64,000 bases of DNA from Mobula birostris (lineage: Eukaryota): positions 98,224,699-98,288,698 of the forward strand of contig NC_092382.1 in the NCBI RefSeq assembly GCF_030028105.1, written 5' to 3'. Shown piece after piece: positions 61,101-64,000 of this stretch. A model generated the notes under the pieces. It did not search any database and was not told the DNA's origin. It saw only the letters and a program-made list of their open reading frames with translations. How positions within the stretch are numbered: position 1 is the stretch's first letter; the number at the start of each line of letters is the position of its first letter. Position numbers and translations under genes: made by a program.

Positions 61101-61679
61101 CACAACGTGTCTGCTCAATCATGGCTGATATTTTGCTTCCCTTCCTCACCCGCAATCCCCGGCCTTCTTCCCGAAACGTTCATTGCTGCGTCCAATCAAC
61201 AACTAATAAATCTCTGGCTTAAATCAACCCAAGGATACGGCCTTCACAGCTGAATGTGGGAACAAATTCACCATTCTCTGGCGAAAGATAGTTCTCTGCT
61301 TCTCTGTTTTAAATTGACGCCTCTGTGTTCTGAGGCTGCACCCTCTTGTCTCAGACACCCCAGCCTTGGGAAACATCCTTTGCACATCCATCTGCCTTGG
61401 CTGTTCAATATCCGAAAGGTTGAAATGAGATCCCACCTCATCCTTCTGACGTTGCTGAGAGTACAGAGTTTTCTATAGGTCCCCTGGTAGCAGCAGAGAT
61501 ACCGAGGAGCAGATTGGGAGCAACACACAGAAAATTTGCTGGTGAACGCAGCAGGCCAGGCAGCATCTCTAGGAAGAGGTACAGACGTCGTTTTGGGTCG
61601 AGACGCTTCGGCAGAACTTCTTCGTCAGCAGATTGGGAGGCATTTTTTTGGAAAGGCGGGAAAATAACAGGGTTGTTAT

Positions 61680-63999
61680 CATGGGTGAATTAACCTCCTT
61701 AATATTGATTGGCACCTGATTAGCTCCAATGATTTAGACGGGACAGAGTTTGTTAAGTGTGTCCAGGACGGGTTCCTGTCACAAAATATGTACAGGACGA
61801 ACAGGCGGAATGCGATACTAAATCTCGTATTAGGTAACGAACTGCGTCTGGTCACAGGTCTCTCAGTGGGTGAGTTGCTGGTGGACTGTGAGCACCGCTC
61901 CCTGGCCTGTAATATTATCATGAAAAAGGATAGAATCAGAGAGGACAGGAATAAATAATTGGGGGAGGAGAAATGATGAGGTTTTAAGGCCAGAACCTGC
62001 GGTGTGAATTGGAGTGATGTTTTTGCAGGGAAATATACTGTGGACATGTGGTCGATGTTTAGGGATCTCTTGCTGGATGTTCGGGATTAACTTTTCCCGA
62101 GGAGGAAGATAAAGAAAGGTCGGGTGAAGGAACCATGGGTGACAAGTGAGGTGGAAAATCTAGACAGGTGGAAGAAGGCAGCTTGCCTGAGGTTTAGGAA
62201 GAAAGGATCAGATGGGTCTTTTGAGGAATGTAGGGCAGCAAGAAAGGAGCTTAGGAAGGGGCTGAGGACAGCAAGATGGGGGCATGAGAAGACCTTGGCG
62301 AGTAAGGTAAGGGAAAACACCAAGGCATTCTTCAATTAGGTGAATAACAAAATGATGGCAGGAGTGAAGATTGGATCATTTAGAGATACAGGTGTGAAGA
62401 TTTGCCTGGAGGCTGTGGAAGTAAGCGAGGTCCTCAATGAATTCTTCTCTCCGGTATTCACCAATGAGAGGGAACCTGATGAAGCTGGGGTCAATATGAG
62501 TGAGGATTATGTTCTGGAGCACGTTGGTATTAAGGGAGAAGAAGTGTTGGAGCTGTTAAAATACATTAGGACGGATAAATTCCCGGGCCATGACGGAATA
62601 TTACCCAGGCTTCTCCAGGAGGCGAGGGAAGAGATTGCTGAGCCTTTGGCTAGGATATTCATGTCCTTTTTGTCCAAGGGAATGGTACCGGAGGATTGGA
62701 GGGAGGCGAATGTTAACCCCTTGCTCAAAAAAGATATTAGGGATAGTCCGAGTAATTATAGACCAGTGAGCCTTACGTCTGTGGTTGGAAATCTGTTGGA
62801 AAAGCATCTTAGTGATAGGATCTATGGTCATTTAACGAATCATGATCTGATCAGTGACGGTCAGCATTTCTTCGTGAAAGGAAGACCGGCTCTAACAAGC
62901 TTGATAGACTTTTTGAGGAGGTGATCAGGCATATAGATGAGGGTAGTGCAGTGTTTGTGACTTGCATGGAAGTAAGTAAGGCATTGGAAAAGGTTCCACA
63001 GGGCAGGTTTGTTCAGAAAGTCAGAAGGCATGGGATCCAGAGAAGGTTGGCAAGGCGGTCTCCGAACTGGCTCGCCTGAAGATAGCAGAGGCTCGTGGTG
63101 GAGGGAGTACATTCGGTTTGGAGGGTTCTGTCTAGTTGTGTCCCACAAGGGTCTGTTCTGGGACCTCTGCTTTTCGTGATTTTTATTAATGACCTGGATG
63201 TGGGGGTTGAAGGGTGGGTTGGCAAGTTTGCAGAAGACACAAAGGTTGGTGATGTAGAGGACAGTGCGGGGAACCGTCGGAAAGACATTGATAGGATGTA
63301 GAAGCGGGCTGAGAAGTGACAGATCGAGCTCAATCCCGGGAAGTATGAGGTTGTATACTTTGGAAAGACAAACTCCATGGCAGAGTACAAAGTAAATGTG
63401 GGATACTTGGCAGTGTGGACGAGCAGAGGGATCTGGGTTTACATGTCCATATATCCCTGAAAGTTGCCTGATAGGTAGGTAGGGTAGTTTTGAAATGTTA
63501 AGGGGTGTTAGCTTTCATTAGTCGATGAACAGAGTTTAACAGTCGCGGGTAAATGATGCCGCTCCGCAAAACTCTGGTTAGGCCACGCTTGGAGTACTGT
63601 GTCCATTTCTGGTCACCTCACTATGACATGGATGTGGAAGCATTGGAAAGGGTACAGACGAGATTTACCAGCATGCTGCCTCGTTTAGAGAGTATGCCTT
63701 ATGATCAGAGATTAAGTGAGCTAGGGATTTAGTCTTTGGAGAGAAGGAGGATGAAAGGAGACCTGATAGAGTTATACAAAGTATTAAGAGGAATGGATAG
63801 AGTGGACAGCCAGCGCCTCTTATCCCCACGGCACCACTGCTCAGTCCAAGAGGACATGGCCTGTCTGAAAGTGGTGGGAATTTCAAGGGGGATATTAGAG
63901 GAAGGTATTTTACTTAGAGTGTGGCTCGTGCGTGGAATTCACTTTCTGAGTCACTGGTGGAGGTAGATACACTAGTGAAAATTAAGAGACTACTAGACT
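61680..63999 (+). mobile_element. Long degenerate CR1 LINE ORF2 (endonuclease C-terminal part, RT, 3' region)
   Basis: ORF 62340-62924 (..LKYIRTDKFPGHDGILPRLL..PEDWREANVNPL..NYRPVSLTSVVG), VPQGSVLGPLLFVIFINDLD, KFAEDTK. Multiple stops. Confidence 0.92.
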
Positions 64000-64000
64000 G

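Overview
Vertebrate genomic DNA, most likely from a cartilaginous fish. This is inferred from the CR1/Penelope repeat landscape and the GPR139-like tandem genes. Positions ~1.4-17.3 kb hold a dense, all-minus-strand array of T-cell-receptor V segments, best matching TCR beta: TRBV30-like 'TIHQ..C..WYRQ..FTAERP..YFCAW' and a second 'YFCACS' family. They have leader exons, 23-bp-spacer recombination signals (RSS), CRE/CCAAT promoters and co-oriented CTCF motifs. Of roughly 15 V or V-like units only one (leader 14501-14537, V exon 13948-14245, RSS CACAGCG-23-ACAAAAACC) looks fully intact; several others are damaged at the RSS itself. No D, J or C segment was seen. Positions ~20-59 kb hold three tandem segmental copies of an intact two-exon GPR139/142-like class A GPCR (minus strand) with divergent extracellular loops. 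They are embedded in CR1 LINE, Penelope-like (with hammerhead ribozymes), Tc1, Rex1-like and ERV-like relics. There are two assembly gaps. The main unexplained signals are: family-A leader exons that read antisense as complete 23-RSS-like elements; CTCF motifs at a near-fixed distance behind V RSSs; recurrent RSS-focused germline lesions; and the diversifying GPCR cluster.
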